64,000 bases of DNA from an uncultured delta proteobacterium (GTDB lineage Bacteria; Myxococcota_A; Polyangia; Polyangiales; Polyangiaceae), in contig CAWKKR010000008.1 in NCBI GenBank assembly GCA_963850305.1, positions 1,120,001-1,184,000 of the forward strand. The letters are read 5' to 3'. A program made the position numbers and the translations under genes. Below are positions 28,924 to 38,929 of this stretch, piece after piece (the first letter of the stretch is position 1; the number at the start of each line of letters is the position of its first letter). The notes beneath the pieces are model-generated. The model was not told where the DNA came from. It did not search any database and was given only the letters and a program-made list of their open reading frames with translations.

Positions 28924-30669
28924 CTAATCCTGATCGCCGGCTTTCGGCTCCTCGAGGATTCTGTCGTTGATGTCGATCTTGCCCTGCTGTGCTTGACGAA
29001 GACGCGCGACGTATCGGGTCAACGCGTCGGCCTGCTTCGCGATCACGAGCTGACGTATGACATCCGCCTTGGCCGAGGCGAAGTCGTCACGGGTCGCAGC
29101 GGTCTTTTCTTTGAGCTGGATTACGAGGAAACCACCCATGATCGAGATCGGCTCGGGACGAACTTCGTCAGGCTTCGAGAGATCGAATGCCATGCGTCCA
29201 ACAGGAACGCCGTACGCACCCGGCACGGGTTCGCCTTCGACGTTGAACGGTGCGGAGATCTCGGCCCTCGGCACGTGCTCATCGGCTTCGGGCCCGGATT
29301 CGTCGTTTTCTTCGGTCGGACCCTTGACGCCTGGCTTGCTCGGGTGCGCGGGCACGGGAACATTGACGGCGGCAAATTGCCCATTCAGCTTCGCCACCGT
29401 GTCATCCAGCCGCGCACCGCCCTGCGCGGCGCGGACGAGCTCGGTCGCGAACTCCTTGGCGCGAACCTCGCCGGCCGCATGCAAGGCGAGCGGACGCGCC
29501 ACACTTCGTCGGCCAGTCGCGACGACATCCCCAGCCGCGAGCACGGAATCCACTCGAATCAGATGATAACCGCTCGCCGTCTCGATGACGGGCGAGACGC
29601 TTCCTGGCGTGAGCGTCGCCGCAGCACGGGCGAGTGCATTGCCACCTGGACCGTACGATTCGGGCGTCAGACATCCGAGCTGCCCGCCCGCGAACGCTGA
29701 CGGCCCGTCAGACAGGTCCCGCGCAACGACCCCGAACGGCTCTCCTCGATCGATGCGGCTCTTCGCCTGGACGATCTTGTCTTTCAGAAGCGTCTTGTCC
29801 GCCTCGGTGGCGTCTGGTGCGAAGGTCTCCACGATTTCGCTCGCAAGGGGACAACCCGCTTTCCATTTCGGAGCCGCCGTCTTCCAGGCTTCGTCGACCT
29901 CGGACTTGTGATCGCGGGACCAGCGATCTATCGCCGCGTCCGAGGAGTCGACAGCCCACTTGGCAAACCAGTCCGAATCCACCTTCACGAAGCGAATGAC
30001 CGCTTTCGATTTGTCGCGCTGAAAGACATCGAAGGCCTCGTCGTCGGAGACGCGGACCGGCGCCCGCACGAGATCCCGGAGACGCGCCGCGAGCAGCTCG
30101 CGTTCCTGCATCTTCAGAAACTCCTTCGGACTCCGGTTCGTCATGCTCCGTACGACCCGCGCGTAGAGGTCGTCATCGACTTCTCCCGTCTTCGGGTCCA
30201 CCACGGGGAGCTCGCGAACCATGTCGCGGGAAATTCCATTCTCGTCGGCACTCACGAGGTCGAGCATGGACCCGAGGCGGAGGGCGCTCGCCGCCGGCAG
30301 GGAAGCGTGAGCCCTACCTTGACGAAGCTCGTCCTTGACGGCTTCCTCGTCGATGGACAACCCGAGACGTTCGGCTTCCGAAAAAAGCAGCTCGCGTTCG
30401 ATGACCCCGTCGAGAACGTGCTTTCGCAACGAGTACGCCTTGATCTGCTTCTGCGAGACGCCGCGTGGAACGATCAGCCCGAATTCAGCGAAATAGTCCT
30501 TCGGCGTCACACATTCGTCATCGATCCGAACTGCGCACTCGCGGCGGATGGATCCCGTCTGCATCCGCGACGTCGAGCGAAATTCGAGGATGAAGACGAC
30601 GATGATCGAGAACACGACGCCGGCCATCAAGACCTGGCCGGTGCCGCCTTGTCGGAGCGAGCTCAACAT
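28924..30669 (-). CDS. PpiD/SurA-type periplasmic chaperone with parvulin domain
   Basis: N-terminal TM, SurA_N-like ELLFSEAERLGL, parvulin F..VARDLSD.PS...GG.LG and VSPVIETASGYHLI. Confidence 0.85.
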   Translation of the reverse strand: MLSSLRQGGTGQVLMAGVVFSIIVVFILEFRSTSRMQTGSIRRECAVRIDDECVTPKDYFAEFGLIVPRGVSQKQIKAYSLRKHVLDGVIERELLFSEAERLGLSIDEEAVKDELRQGRAHASLPAASALRLGSMLDLVSADENGISRDMVRELPVVDPKTGEVDDDLYARVVRSMTNRSPKEFLKMQERELLAARLRDLVRAPVRVSDDEAFDVFQRDKSKAVIRFVKVDSDWFAKWAVDSSDAAIDRWSRDHKSEVDEAWKTAAPKWKAGCPLASEIVETFAPDATEADKTLLKDKIVQAKSRIDRGEPFGVVARDLSDGPSAFAGGQLGCLTPESYGPGGNALARAAATLTPGSVSPVIETASGYHLIRVDSVLAAGDVVATGRRSVARPLALHAAGEVRAKEFATELVRAAQGGARLDDTVAKLNGQFAAVNVPVPAHPSKPGVKGPTEENDESGPEADEHVPRAEISAPFNVEGEPVPGAYGVPVGRMAFDLSKPDEVRPEPISIMGGFLVIQLKEKTAATRDDFASAKADVIRQLVIAKQADALTRYVARLRQAQQGKIDINDRILEEPKAGDQD

Positions 30670-30787
30670 CTAAAGCGGCGCTAGCACTAGATGACAGTCC
30701 GTTGCTCGGCAACAGATCTTCGAACCACTCAGCTCGGCAAACCTTGGGTGCGCCGCTTCCATCCTGCTTCTCGCGGGGAGCACCTGA

Positions 30788-31228
30788 TCAGGTGTCCTGA
30801 TCCGCATCCGCTGTCTTGTTCGCCGCGAGCATCAGTTTGAGCTCTTCCACGAGACTTCCTGCGTCCACGCTCTTTTCGAAGGCGACCTCGTACCACGTGT
30901 CCAGCGTGCGCGGCCCGCCACCCGGATCCCTGACGACGACGACGGATGTCTCCACTTCGCGATAGCCACGTGGCCCCGCGAGGACCGCAACTTTGCGGGC
31001 GCGGCCGAAGAGATCGTCCGGTGTCTCGCCGGGAAATTGGCTCGCCTGAGCGCGTGTCACGAAGCGGACGGCTGGTGGATCCGACGCCACGGCACAAACA
31101 TCCCCGTCCATGATGAGGTTCTCCCTGACGCGATCCGCAAGGTGAACCCTGTCTCCTTGGACACGAAAAATCTCCAGACCTGCCGCAATGAGCTGCTTCT
31201 TGAGCTCGGTGGGGGTGGCGCTCGGCAT
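30788..31228 (-). CDS. Hypothetical protein
   Basis: 146-aa ORF with protein-like composition (LADRVRENLIMD, LDTWYEV). Confidence 0.75.
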   Translation of the reverse strand: MPSATPTELKKQLIAAGLEIFRVQGDRVHLADRVRENLIMDGDVCAVASDPPAVRFVTRAQASQFPGETPDDLFGRARKVAVLAGPRGYREVETSVVVVRDPGGGPRTLDTWYEVAFEKSVDAGSLVEELKLMLAANKTADADQDT

Positions 31229-31495
31229 TTACCTCATTCTGGCTAAACGGCAGGGTTGGGCTCGGGTTCGCGGCGGAGGTTCCGACGGGGAAACCGCGGC
31301 CCTGGAACGGCGGCGTCCGAGACCTTCTCAGAGCAAAAAAACCCCGTCAAGGACGTCGGCGCGCCGCTCACGGCGAAAAGCTCGGCAAAAGTCCTCCTCG
31401 GCAGACCGCCGATTCGCGGGCGAGGTGACGCGCCCGCGGCCGGAGCCCTCCTAATTCGCGGGGTGGACGCCAAAGTAGTGCTAGGTTTAGGCGCC

Positions 31496-31867
31496 GTGTC
31501 TCGCCGGAGCTCGAGTCCATCCGTCCCGATACCGGAGGGTGCCATCCACGGGACTCGTCGGGCAGGAGGGCCGCGTCGAGAAGCGACGGAGCGAGTTCGA
31601 CTTCGCAGCGACGCGTTTCAAACGACGGGATGGACACTGAACATCAGTAGAGGGGGAGCACGCCTCGTGCTGGAAGAAGGTGTCCAGCTCGGAGAGCTTT
31701 ACCAGGTCGAGATGGGGAGCGACGCCGAGCCGCGCGAGGTTCGCATCATCTGGGCGCAAGACGAGGCTGATGGCCAGATTGTCGGAGTGCAGTTCCTCGA
31801 TACCGACGGCTCGGTTCCACCGCCGCCGGTGACGTCGGGCGCGCCCGGCGCGAAGAATCGCGGATAG
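31496..31867 (+). CDS. PilZ-domain protein
   Basis: RRAGGPR, LNISRGG, VGVQF; start uncertain. Confidence 0.75.
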   Translation: MSRRSSSPSVPIPEGAIHGTRRAGGPRREATERVRLRSDAFQTTGWTLNISRGGARLVLEEGVQLGELYQVEMGSDAEPREVRIIWAQDEADGQIVGVQFLDTDGSVPPPPVTSGAPGAKNRG

Positions 31868-33900
31868 TGAACTCGGCCGAGTTGCTCGGACCGGACGGAC
31901 CGCTCGCCCGGAATATGCCCGGCTACGAAGCACGTAGCGGTCAGCTCGCCATGGCCGCCGAAGTCGAACGAGCCCTGCGTGAGGATCGAGTGTTGTTGTC
32001 CGAGGCCGGCACGGGAACCGGCAAGACACTCGCGTATCTGGTGCCCGCAATATTGAGCGGACGAAAGGTCGTGGTTTCCACCGCGACGCGCGCCCTGGAA
32101 GAGCAGATCTTCTTCAAAGATCTGCCGCTCATCGAGCGCGCCCTGGGACTGTCTCCGCATGCCGCCCTCATGAAGGGACTCGGCAACTACATTTGCCGGA
32201 GGCGCTTCACGGAATATCGGAGAACCGCCGAGGCTCGCGGGGCCTGGGTCGTCCCGGCACTCGCGTCGGTCGAACGGTGGCTCGATGGAACGGACACCGG
32301 CGACGTCTCCGAGCTGTCGGCCCTCGGCGAAGACGACCCGATCTTTTCGGCAATCACCTCCTCGAGCGACACTCGCGTCGGTGCATCATGCCAGTTCTAC
32401 GACGAATGCTTCGTTACACGTATGAAGCGTGAAGCCGAAACCGCACGCCTCGTCGTGGTGAATCATCACTTGTTCTTCGCGGATCTTGCGCTCCGAGGCG
32501 CGCACCCTGGCCGTGTCATTCCGGACTACGACGCGGTGATCTTCGACGAGGCGCACCACCTCGAAGACGTCGCGACGACCTTTTTCGGCGTGCGCGTTTC
32601 GGCGCCGCGCATTTCGCGACTCCTCGGGGATTTCGACGCCATTCTCGCGCGCCTCACCACGTCGAGCGCGCTGCTCGGAGGCAGCGTTGTGCCCTCGGCA
32701 CGCGCGTGCGCGGATGTCTTTTTCGAACGCGTCCTCGCTGGCACTGGCCGCACGGAGAACCGAGCGACCCTGGAACACGACTTCTGGACCGGAGAGCGGC
32801 GGGAGGCGTGGCACGCACTCGACGACGCGCTCGATGCCGTTCGTGCGCTCGCGGAATCCCTCCGGGGAAGCGTGGGCGCGCTGCAGGGCACGCTCGCCAA
32901 CGGCAAGAAGGACGCCATCTCGCTCGCGGATGGTCTGGAGGTCGCGGCGCGGCGGGCCGACGATGTTCGCGGTGATTTGGCAACTATTGTGGATGGATCG
33001 GTGGGGCGCGTCACCTGGGTCGATACGAGTCGAACGCCGTCGCTGAGCTCCTCGCCGGTGGATCTCTCGAACGTTTTCCGGGCGCGACTGTTCGAAACGA
33101 TTCCCTCCGTGGTGCTCACTTCCGCGACGCTCGCGAGCGGGCCCAGCGGCTCCCCCAAGGCGTTCGAGTTCATTCGCTCGAGGCTCGGCCTCTCGAGCGA
33201 TCACGTCTCGGTCACGGAGCTCATCGTACCGTCGCCTTTCGACTACGCCGAGCGCGCGGTGCTCTATCTACCCAAGGACCTACCGGATCCTCGCGATCCG
33301 GCATTTCTCGGCTCCGCCGCGGAGCGCATCGCGCAGCTCGTGGAGATCACCAGCGGCGGGGCATTCGTCCTCACGACATCACTCCGGTCGATGCGGGAGC
33401 TCGCCCGCACGCTTCGGGTGCGCCTCGCGGGTCGTCGTCTCCTCGTGCAGGGGCAGGCGCCAAAAGCAACGATCCTGTCCACCTTTCGCGCCACCGGCGA
33501 CGCCGTCCTCGTCGCGACCGCGAGCTTTTGGCAAGGAGTCGACGTTCCGGGAGATGCCTTGCGCCTCGTCGTGCTCGAAAAAATACCGTTCCCTGTCCCG
33601 ACGGAGCCCGTCATCCTTGCGCGGGGACAGGCGCTCGAAGCCGACGGGCGGAATCCGTTCATGGAGCTTCACGTTCCACTCGCGAAGATGACGCTCAAGC
33701 AAGGGTTTGGTCGTCTCGTCCGCACCAAAACGGACCGCGGAATCGTGGCGCTTCTGGACGAACGGGTCCACCGGCGCGCGTACGGCAAAGACCTCCTCGC
33801 GTCATTGCCCGATGCACGCCGCATGACGGAAATCGACGACGTGCGAACGTTTTGGCGATCCATGAATTCCGAGGCCGCCCGCGTCGAGACGCGCGATTAA
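31867..33900 (+). CDS. DinG/YoaA-family ATP-dependent DNA helicase
   Basis: EAGTGTGKT, MKGLGNYIC, VVNHHLF, DEAH, TSATL, FWQGVDVPG, QGFGRLVR. Confidence 0.93.
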   Translation: MNSAELLGPDGPLARNMPGYEARSGQLAMAAEVERALREDRVLLSEAGTGTGKTLAYLVPAILSGRKVVVSTATRALEEQIFFKDLPLIERALGLSPHAALMKGLGNYICRRRFTEYRRTAEARGAWVVPALASVERWLDGTDTGDVSELSALGEDDPIFSAITSSSDTRVGASCQFYDECFVTRMKREAETARLVVVNHHLFFADLALRGAHPGRVIPDYDAVIFDEAHHLEDVATTFFGVRVSAPRISRLLGDFDAILARLTTSSALLGGSVVPSARACADVFFERVLAGTGRTENRATLEHDFWTGERREAWHALDDALDAVRALAESLRGSVGALQGTLANGKKDAISLADGLEVAARRADDVRGDLATIVDGSVGRVTWVDTSRTPSLSSSPVDLSNVFRARLFETIPSVVLTSATLASGPSGSPKAFEFIRSRLGLSSDHVSVTELIVPSPFDYAERAVLYLPKDLPDPRDPAFLGSAAERIAQLVEITSGGAFVLTTSLRSMRELARTLRVRLAGRRLLVQGQAPKATILSTFRATGDAVLVATASFWQGVDVPGDALRLVVLEKIPFPVPTEPVILARGQALEADGRNPFMELHVPLAKMTLKQGFGRLVRTKTDRGIVALLDERVHRRAYGKDLLASLPDARRMTEIDDVRTFWRSMNSEAARVETRD

Positions 33901-33966
33901 ACCCGGGGGATCGCCGGGGTCGACCCAGTTGCAGCTACCGATCTGACCTCCGGTGCTCGAGGTGCT

Positions 33967-34752
33967 TCAGGCTGGACGCTTCGTTTTGCTTCCGACTCTG
34001 ACGATCTTTTGAGACTTGCCTGGCGCTGCCTTCTTCGGCGCTGCCTTCTTCGGCGCTGCCTTCTTCGGCGCTGCCTTCTTCGGCGCTGCCTTCTTCGGCG
34101 CTGCCTTCTTCGGCGCTGCCTTCTTCGGCGCTGCCTTCTTCGGCGCTGCCTTCTTCGGCGCTGCCTTCTTCGGCGCTGCCTTCTTCGGCGCTGCCTTCTT
34201 CGGCGCTGCCTTCTTCGGCGCTGCCTTCTTCGGCGCTGCCTTCTTCGGCGCTGCCTTCTTCGAAGATTGTTCCGCGCCGGCAACTTGCACGGCGACCCCG
34301 CCGTTGAACATCGGGGCGTCGGAAGGTGGCCCCGGATCCGGGTCGTGACGACCCATTGCACCGCCTCGACGCGCGGCAAGGGTCTCGACAACGCGAGAAT
34401 CGAGCTCTGCAAAGTCGAACGGCTTGTCGAGGTACGCGTCCGCACCGTAAAGGGGCGACGTCATCTCGTTCAGGTTCTCTCCGATCCCCGTCAGCATGAC
34501 CACGCCCGTGTGGGCGAGCGAAACCGCTTCGCGGATTTTCCGGCACACTTCCCATCCGCTCATGCCCGGCATCATCACGTCCAGGATCACGAGGTCCGGC
34601 AAATGCTCGTGGGCAAGCTGCCATGCTTGATCGCCATCGGACGCCTCGAAGACCTTGTAGCCTTTCGAGCGGACGTGAGAGGAAACGAGCGCCAGGGTGC
34701 TGGGCTCATCGTCAGCGACGAGTACGACGACGTTCTTTTCGGACTGGGACAT
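33967..34752 (-). CDS. Response regulator receiver fused to a histone-H1-like (KKAAP)16 tail
   Basis: Canonical receiver (ADDE, LDVMMP, MLTG, DKPF); GGAGG 7 nt before ATG 34752. Confidence 0.9.
   Translation of the reverse strand: MSQSEKNVVVLVADDEPSTLALVSSHVRSKGYKVFEASDGDQAWQLAHEHLPDLVILDVMMPGMSGWEVCRKIREAVSLAHTGVVMLTGIGENLNEMTSPLYGADAYLDKPFDFAELDSRVVETLAARRGGAMGRHDPDPGPPSDAPMFNGGVAVQVAGAEQSSKKAAPKKAAPKKAAPKKAAPKKAAPKKAAPKKAAPKKAAPKKAAPKKAAPKKAAPKKAAPKKAAPKKAAPKKAAPKKAAPGKSQKIVRVGSKTKRPA
34021..34260. repeat. Perfect 15-bp tandem repeat, 16 copies (coding VNTR)
   Basis: (cggcgctgccttctt)x16; only the first base of the first copy differs. Confidence 0.97.
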
Positions 34753-35029
34753 GGGCATGCCTCCTCGGAGCTTGCCCATTTGGAGGCTACTCTCGCCGAG
34801 GAATCAAGCAGGCTGCGTCGGTTCGGCCGGTGCACCTAGTCTGCCGCGCCCGTCCAGTGAAACCGGGCGCGCTGGTCCCAAATCCGCCGTTTGTCGGGCT
34901 GGCGTGGCGCCCAAGGCAGCGAAAGTCGTCGTGTGGCAATTTGGGCGCTAGCATCCAAGCTGGAACGCGAGGAACGGTTCGAACGTTCCGAGCCGGGGCG
35001 CCGAGCCCCCTTTTTGAGAGAGACCTGAT

Positions 35030-36925
35030 TTGGCAGATCGCGAACGAGGCGTCGCGCGACTCGCGCGAAAAGCGCGCGCGGCAGGGTTCCGTGACCGACT
35101 CAACGCGGTTGCCGCGAGCGCCGCAACGTGGTCGTTCGTGCCGATTCTTTACGCCGCGGGCGCGCTCACGGTCGTGAAGCTCGCACGAGGGCCTACTGCG
35201 CACCCCCGCATTCTCGCGGCAGGGATGGTCGGGGCGCTCGTCGTGTTCGTGGCAGGCGTCCTTCATGCCGCGTTGCGGCGCGCTGCGCCCTTCGCCGGCT
35301 CGCTGGCGCTCGACCGGTTCCATGACCTGCATGATCGCGTCACCAACGCCCTTGCATTCTCGACGATCCCAGCGGCCGACCGAACGCCGCTCATGGAAGC
35401 GGCCATCAACGACGGAGCTGCCTCCGCCGACCGTCTTTCTCCACGACGCGCGGTTCCGCTTCGTCTGCCCCGTGATCTGCCGGCCGCGCTGGCGCTCGCT
35501 GCGGCGACCGTCGCGCTCGGCTCGATGGAAATCCCCATCATTCGCCTCATTCCGCCGCCTGCACACCGCGTAGAAGCGCTCGCCGTCAGCGAAGACGATG
35601 CCGAGCTCTTTCGGAAGATGTCGGACGAACTCCTGGCCTCCACCACTCAGCCGGAAGCGCTCGCCGGCGCGCGTAAATTCAATCAGATCGTGGAGGATCT
35701 GGCGGAGCGCAGGCTCGACAGGCGCGAAGTCTTTCGTCGCCTCGACGAGCTCGAACGCAGCCTGAAAGGCTCGATCGACCCCGCAGCGCTCGATGACGCA
35801 CTCGATGGCATCGCGAAGGAACTCGACAAGAATCCGATGTCGAAGCCGGTGGGCACCGCCCTCGGCGAGAAACGTCTCGCCGAGGCCGAGCAAGCCATGC
35901 GGGACCTGGCAAGAAAGGTGGAAACCGCAAAGAAAGGCGTCGATGCGGCGAAGTTGGAGTCGCTTCGGCGCGCGCTCGAGAAGTCCAGCGAGACCGTGCA
36001 GAAGGGTTCCGAGCAAGAACGTCAGCAGCTCGAAGAACGTCGGAAGCGCCTTCTCGAGAAGAAAGAGAAGCAGGGGCTGTCCTCTGCGGAGCAACAGGAA
36101 CTCGATCGCACCGAGCGGCGTCTGGAGCATCTCGATCGCGAAAAGAGCGACCAAGCCGCGCAGTCACAGCAGATGTCTGGGCTCGACAAGGATCTCGCGA
36201 AAGCCGCCAGTGACCTCATGAAGGACCTCGGTATGAGCTCCAAGGATCTTCAGAAAAGCGCCGAGGACATCAATCGCACCGCGAGTCAGAAGATGAGCGA
36301 TCAGCAGAAGCAAGAGCTGCGGCGCCGAATCGAGGAGATCCGGCAGATCCTGCGTCAGGAGGGACAGGGCGGCCGCGACCGGCTCAGACGCATGATGGCG
36401 TTCGGTCAGCGGGCGCGAGGCAACGGCCAGTCACGAGGACAGGGGCAAGGTTCGCGCGGAAGCGGTCGAGGTCAGCCTGGGGGCAACGACCGCGGACAGG
36501 GGCAGGGCGATGGATCCGGTGGAACGGAACTCACGCTCGGGCTCGGCAAGCCCGGGTCTGGACCGGGAGTGAACATCGGATCGGGAGGCGTCACTCCCGG
36601 CGCTTCCGGCGCCAAGACGGGCGGTGCTGGGCAAGGCGGGGACGAGTGGGGCGCCGGCCATGATCCGAACCTGCAGGGAGCCGCGACGAAGCTCAAGGGT
36701 CAGACTCAGGATGTCACTGCCTCCGCAAACGACACGGGCGAGGGCTCGGCTTCGAGCGAAGTGATCTACGGCGCCGCCCAGCGCGGCTTCACCGGCCACG
36801 GCTATCAGAAGGTCTACGCGGAGTACGAGAATGTCGCAGAAGAGACGCTCGCGAAGGACGAAATTCCGCCTGGGTATCGTTTCTACGTGCGCCGGTATTT
36901 TCAACTCATCCGACCGCGGGACTAG
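35030..36925 (+). CDS. Membrane-anchored coiled-coil protein typical of MoxR/VWA operons
   Basis: N-terminal TMs, DRFHDLHDRVTNAL, long coiled coil, Gly-rich linker, C-terminal IPPGYRFYVRRYF. Confidence 0.8.
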   Translation: MADRERGVARLARKARAAGFRDRLNAVAASAATWSFVPILYAAGALTVVKLARGPTAHPRILAAGMVGALVVFVAGVLHAALRRAAPFAGSLALDRFHDLHDRVTNALAFSTIPAADRTPLMEAAINDGAASADRLSPRRAVPLRLPRDLPAALALAAATVALGSMEIPIIRLIPPPAHRVEALAVSEDDAELFRKMSDELLASTTQPEALAGARKFNQIVEDLAERRLDRREVFRRLDELERSLKGSIDPAALDDALDGIAKELDKNPMSKPVGTALGEKRLAEAEQAMRDLARKVETAKKGVDAAKLESLRRALEKSSETVQKGSEQERQQLEERRKRLLEKKEKQGLSSAEQQELDRTERRLEHLDREKSDQAAQSQQMSGLDKDLAKAASDLMKDLGMSSKDLQKSAEDINRTASQKMSDQQKQELRRRIEEIRQILRQEGQGGRDRLRRMMAFGQRARGNGQSRGQGQGSRGSGRGQPGGNDRGQGQGDGSGGTELTLGLGKPGSGPGVNIGSGGVTPGASGAKTGGAGQGGDEWGAGHDPNLQGAATKLKGQTQDVTASANDTGEGSASSEVIYGAAQRGFTGHGYQKVYAEYENVAEETLAKDEIPPGYRFYVRRYFQLIRPRD

Positions 36926-36958
36926 CGATTTCCGCCCCCCCTCCGAGACAGGTTCAAC

Positions 36959-37961
36959 ATGACCGACAATGAAAAGGCCCGCGAGGACGTGCAAGGGTTT
37001 CAGAAGAAAATTGGCTCGCTCCGAGAAGAAGTGGGCCGCGTGATCGTAGGGCAGCGCGACATCGTCGATGGAGTGCTGACTTGCATGCTGTCGGGTTCAC
37101 ACGCCCTCCTCGAAGGCGTACCCGGGCTCGGCAAGACGATGCTGGTGCGCACGCTCGCGCTCGCCATGGGCCTCGAGTTTTCGCGAATCCAGTTCACGCC
37201 GGACCTGATGCCCGCCGACATCATCGGCACGACCGTAATCGAGGACACGCCGGCCGGCGGACGCGGCTTCGAATTCCGCAAGGGGCCAATTTTCTCGAAT
37301 ATCGTCCTTGCCGATGAGGTCAACCGAGCCACGCCGAAGACGCAGAGCGCCCTGCTCGAGGCGATGCAAGAAAGCAACGTCACCGTCGGGCGGAAGACGT
37401 ACCCCATCGCAGCGCCGTACTTCGTCCTCGCGACTCAAAACCCTCTTGAGATGGAGGGCACTTATCCGCTCCCGGAAGCACAGCTCGATCGGTTCTTCTT
37501 CAAGCTACATGTCGGCTTCCCGGGTCGTGAGGACCTTCACTCGATCCTCGACCGAACCACGACGGATTATGCAGCGCGCGTAGAACCCGTCGTCAGCCGG
37601 GATGACGTACTCGAGCATGCAATCGCTGGCTCGCGCCGTACCCGTGGCGAGGCACGTGCAAGATTACGCGATCCGCATGCTCCTGGCGACGCATCCGAGC
37701 GGCGTCGAAGCGCCGGATTCCGTGAAGCGTTACGTCCGTACCGGAGCATCGCCGCGGGGCGCGCAAGCGATGCTCCTCGCGGCGAAGATCCGAGCACTCC
37801 TCGACGGACGCTTCGCGGCGTCGCTCGACGACGTGAAAGCGTCCACGCTCCCGGCGCTCCGGCACCGGGTGCTCTTGAACTTCGAGGGGGAAGCCGAAGG
37901 CATCAAGACCGACGGCGTGCTGGGCGAGATTCTAGCGAAGCTCCCGGAAAGCAAACCCTGA
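36959..37961 (+). CDS. moxR: MoxR-family AAA+ ATPase, +1 frameshift near 37615
   Basis: EGVPGLGKT, RIQFTPDLMPADI, DEVNRA, ATQNPLEMEGTYPLPEAQLDRF; C-terminus GASPRGAQ...LRHRVLLNFE in the next frame. Confidence 0.92.
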
Positions 37962-37986
37962 GCGGCGACGCGGCAACGAAACACCC

Positions 37987-38929
37987 ATGGGCATGCTCGA
38001 TCTCCTGCGAAAACCGGCGACGCCTGCCGCGGCCGCGAGAGTCGGACACGTCGACGATCTGTTCGACGACGAGTTCCAGCGCAAGCTCGACACCCTCGCG
38101 ATCGTCAGCCGCCGGGTGTTCGCGGGGCGCATCCGCGCGGAGCGTCGCAGCAAGAAAAAGGGCAGCGGCGTCGAATTCGCGGACCATCGAGACTACGTCC
38201 CCGGCGACGACTTTAGATTCGTCGATTGGAACGTCTACCAGCGCTTCGGCAAGCTTCTGGTTCGCCTCTACGAAGAAGAGGAGGACCTCGGAATCATTTT
38301 CATCGTGGACTGTTCGGCATCCATGGGATTCGGCGACGGCAGGAAGTTCGATCAGGCGCGACGACTGTGTGCCGCGCTCGCGTACGTCGGCCTCGCGAAT
38401 CTCGATCGTGTGGCGATCACCGCCGTGAGCGACGGGGTCGTCGCGCGCATGGCCCCGACCCGCGGCCGCGGGCGGATTTTCAAGGTATTCAAGTTCCTGC
38501 GCGAGCTGGAGCCAGGAGGCACGACGAACCTTTGGGACGCCGTCTCGACCGTCATCGCAGAGCACAAGCGACGCGGTCTCGCCGTCCTCCTGTCCGACCT
38601 CTACGATCCGGCGGGATTCGAACGCGGCATCAACGTGCTCCGGTACAACAAGTTCGAGCCCTACGTAGTGCACGTCACGGACTCAGCTGACGGACGCCCG
38701 GCGCTCCGCGGTGACGTCCACGTATACGATTGTGAAACGGGCGACGAACGGCAGGTCACCGTCACGGATGCCCTGCTCGCGAAGATGGAAATCCAGTACC
38801 GGGGGTATCTCGCGGACGTCGAAAGATTCTGCGTGAAAACTCAGGTTCCGTACTTCGCCGCGGACGCCTCCATTCCGTTCGACGAGCTCGTACTCCGGGT
38901 TTTCCGGCGCGGCGGATTTCCTGCGCTGA
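37987..38929 (+). CDS. DUF58 family protein; its stop is displaced by an apparent extra T near 38918
   Basis: GSGVEFADHRDYVPGDDFRFVDWN, DCSASM, LLSDL; removing one T gives RRGGFLR-TGA overlapping ATG 38929. Confidence 0.88.

Noticed and set aside
30681..30710. CIRCE-like half site ctagcact upstream of the PpiD-like gene
   Set aside because: No matching second arm at 9-bp spacing
34021..34260. Possible CRISPR array
   Set aside because: Contiguous 15-bp units with no spacers, in frame inside a CDS, and no cas genes
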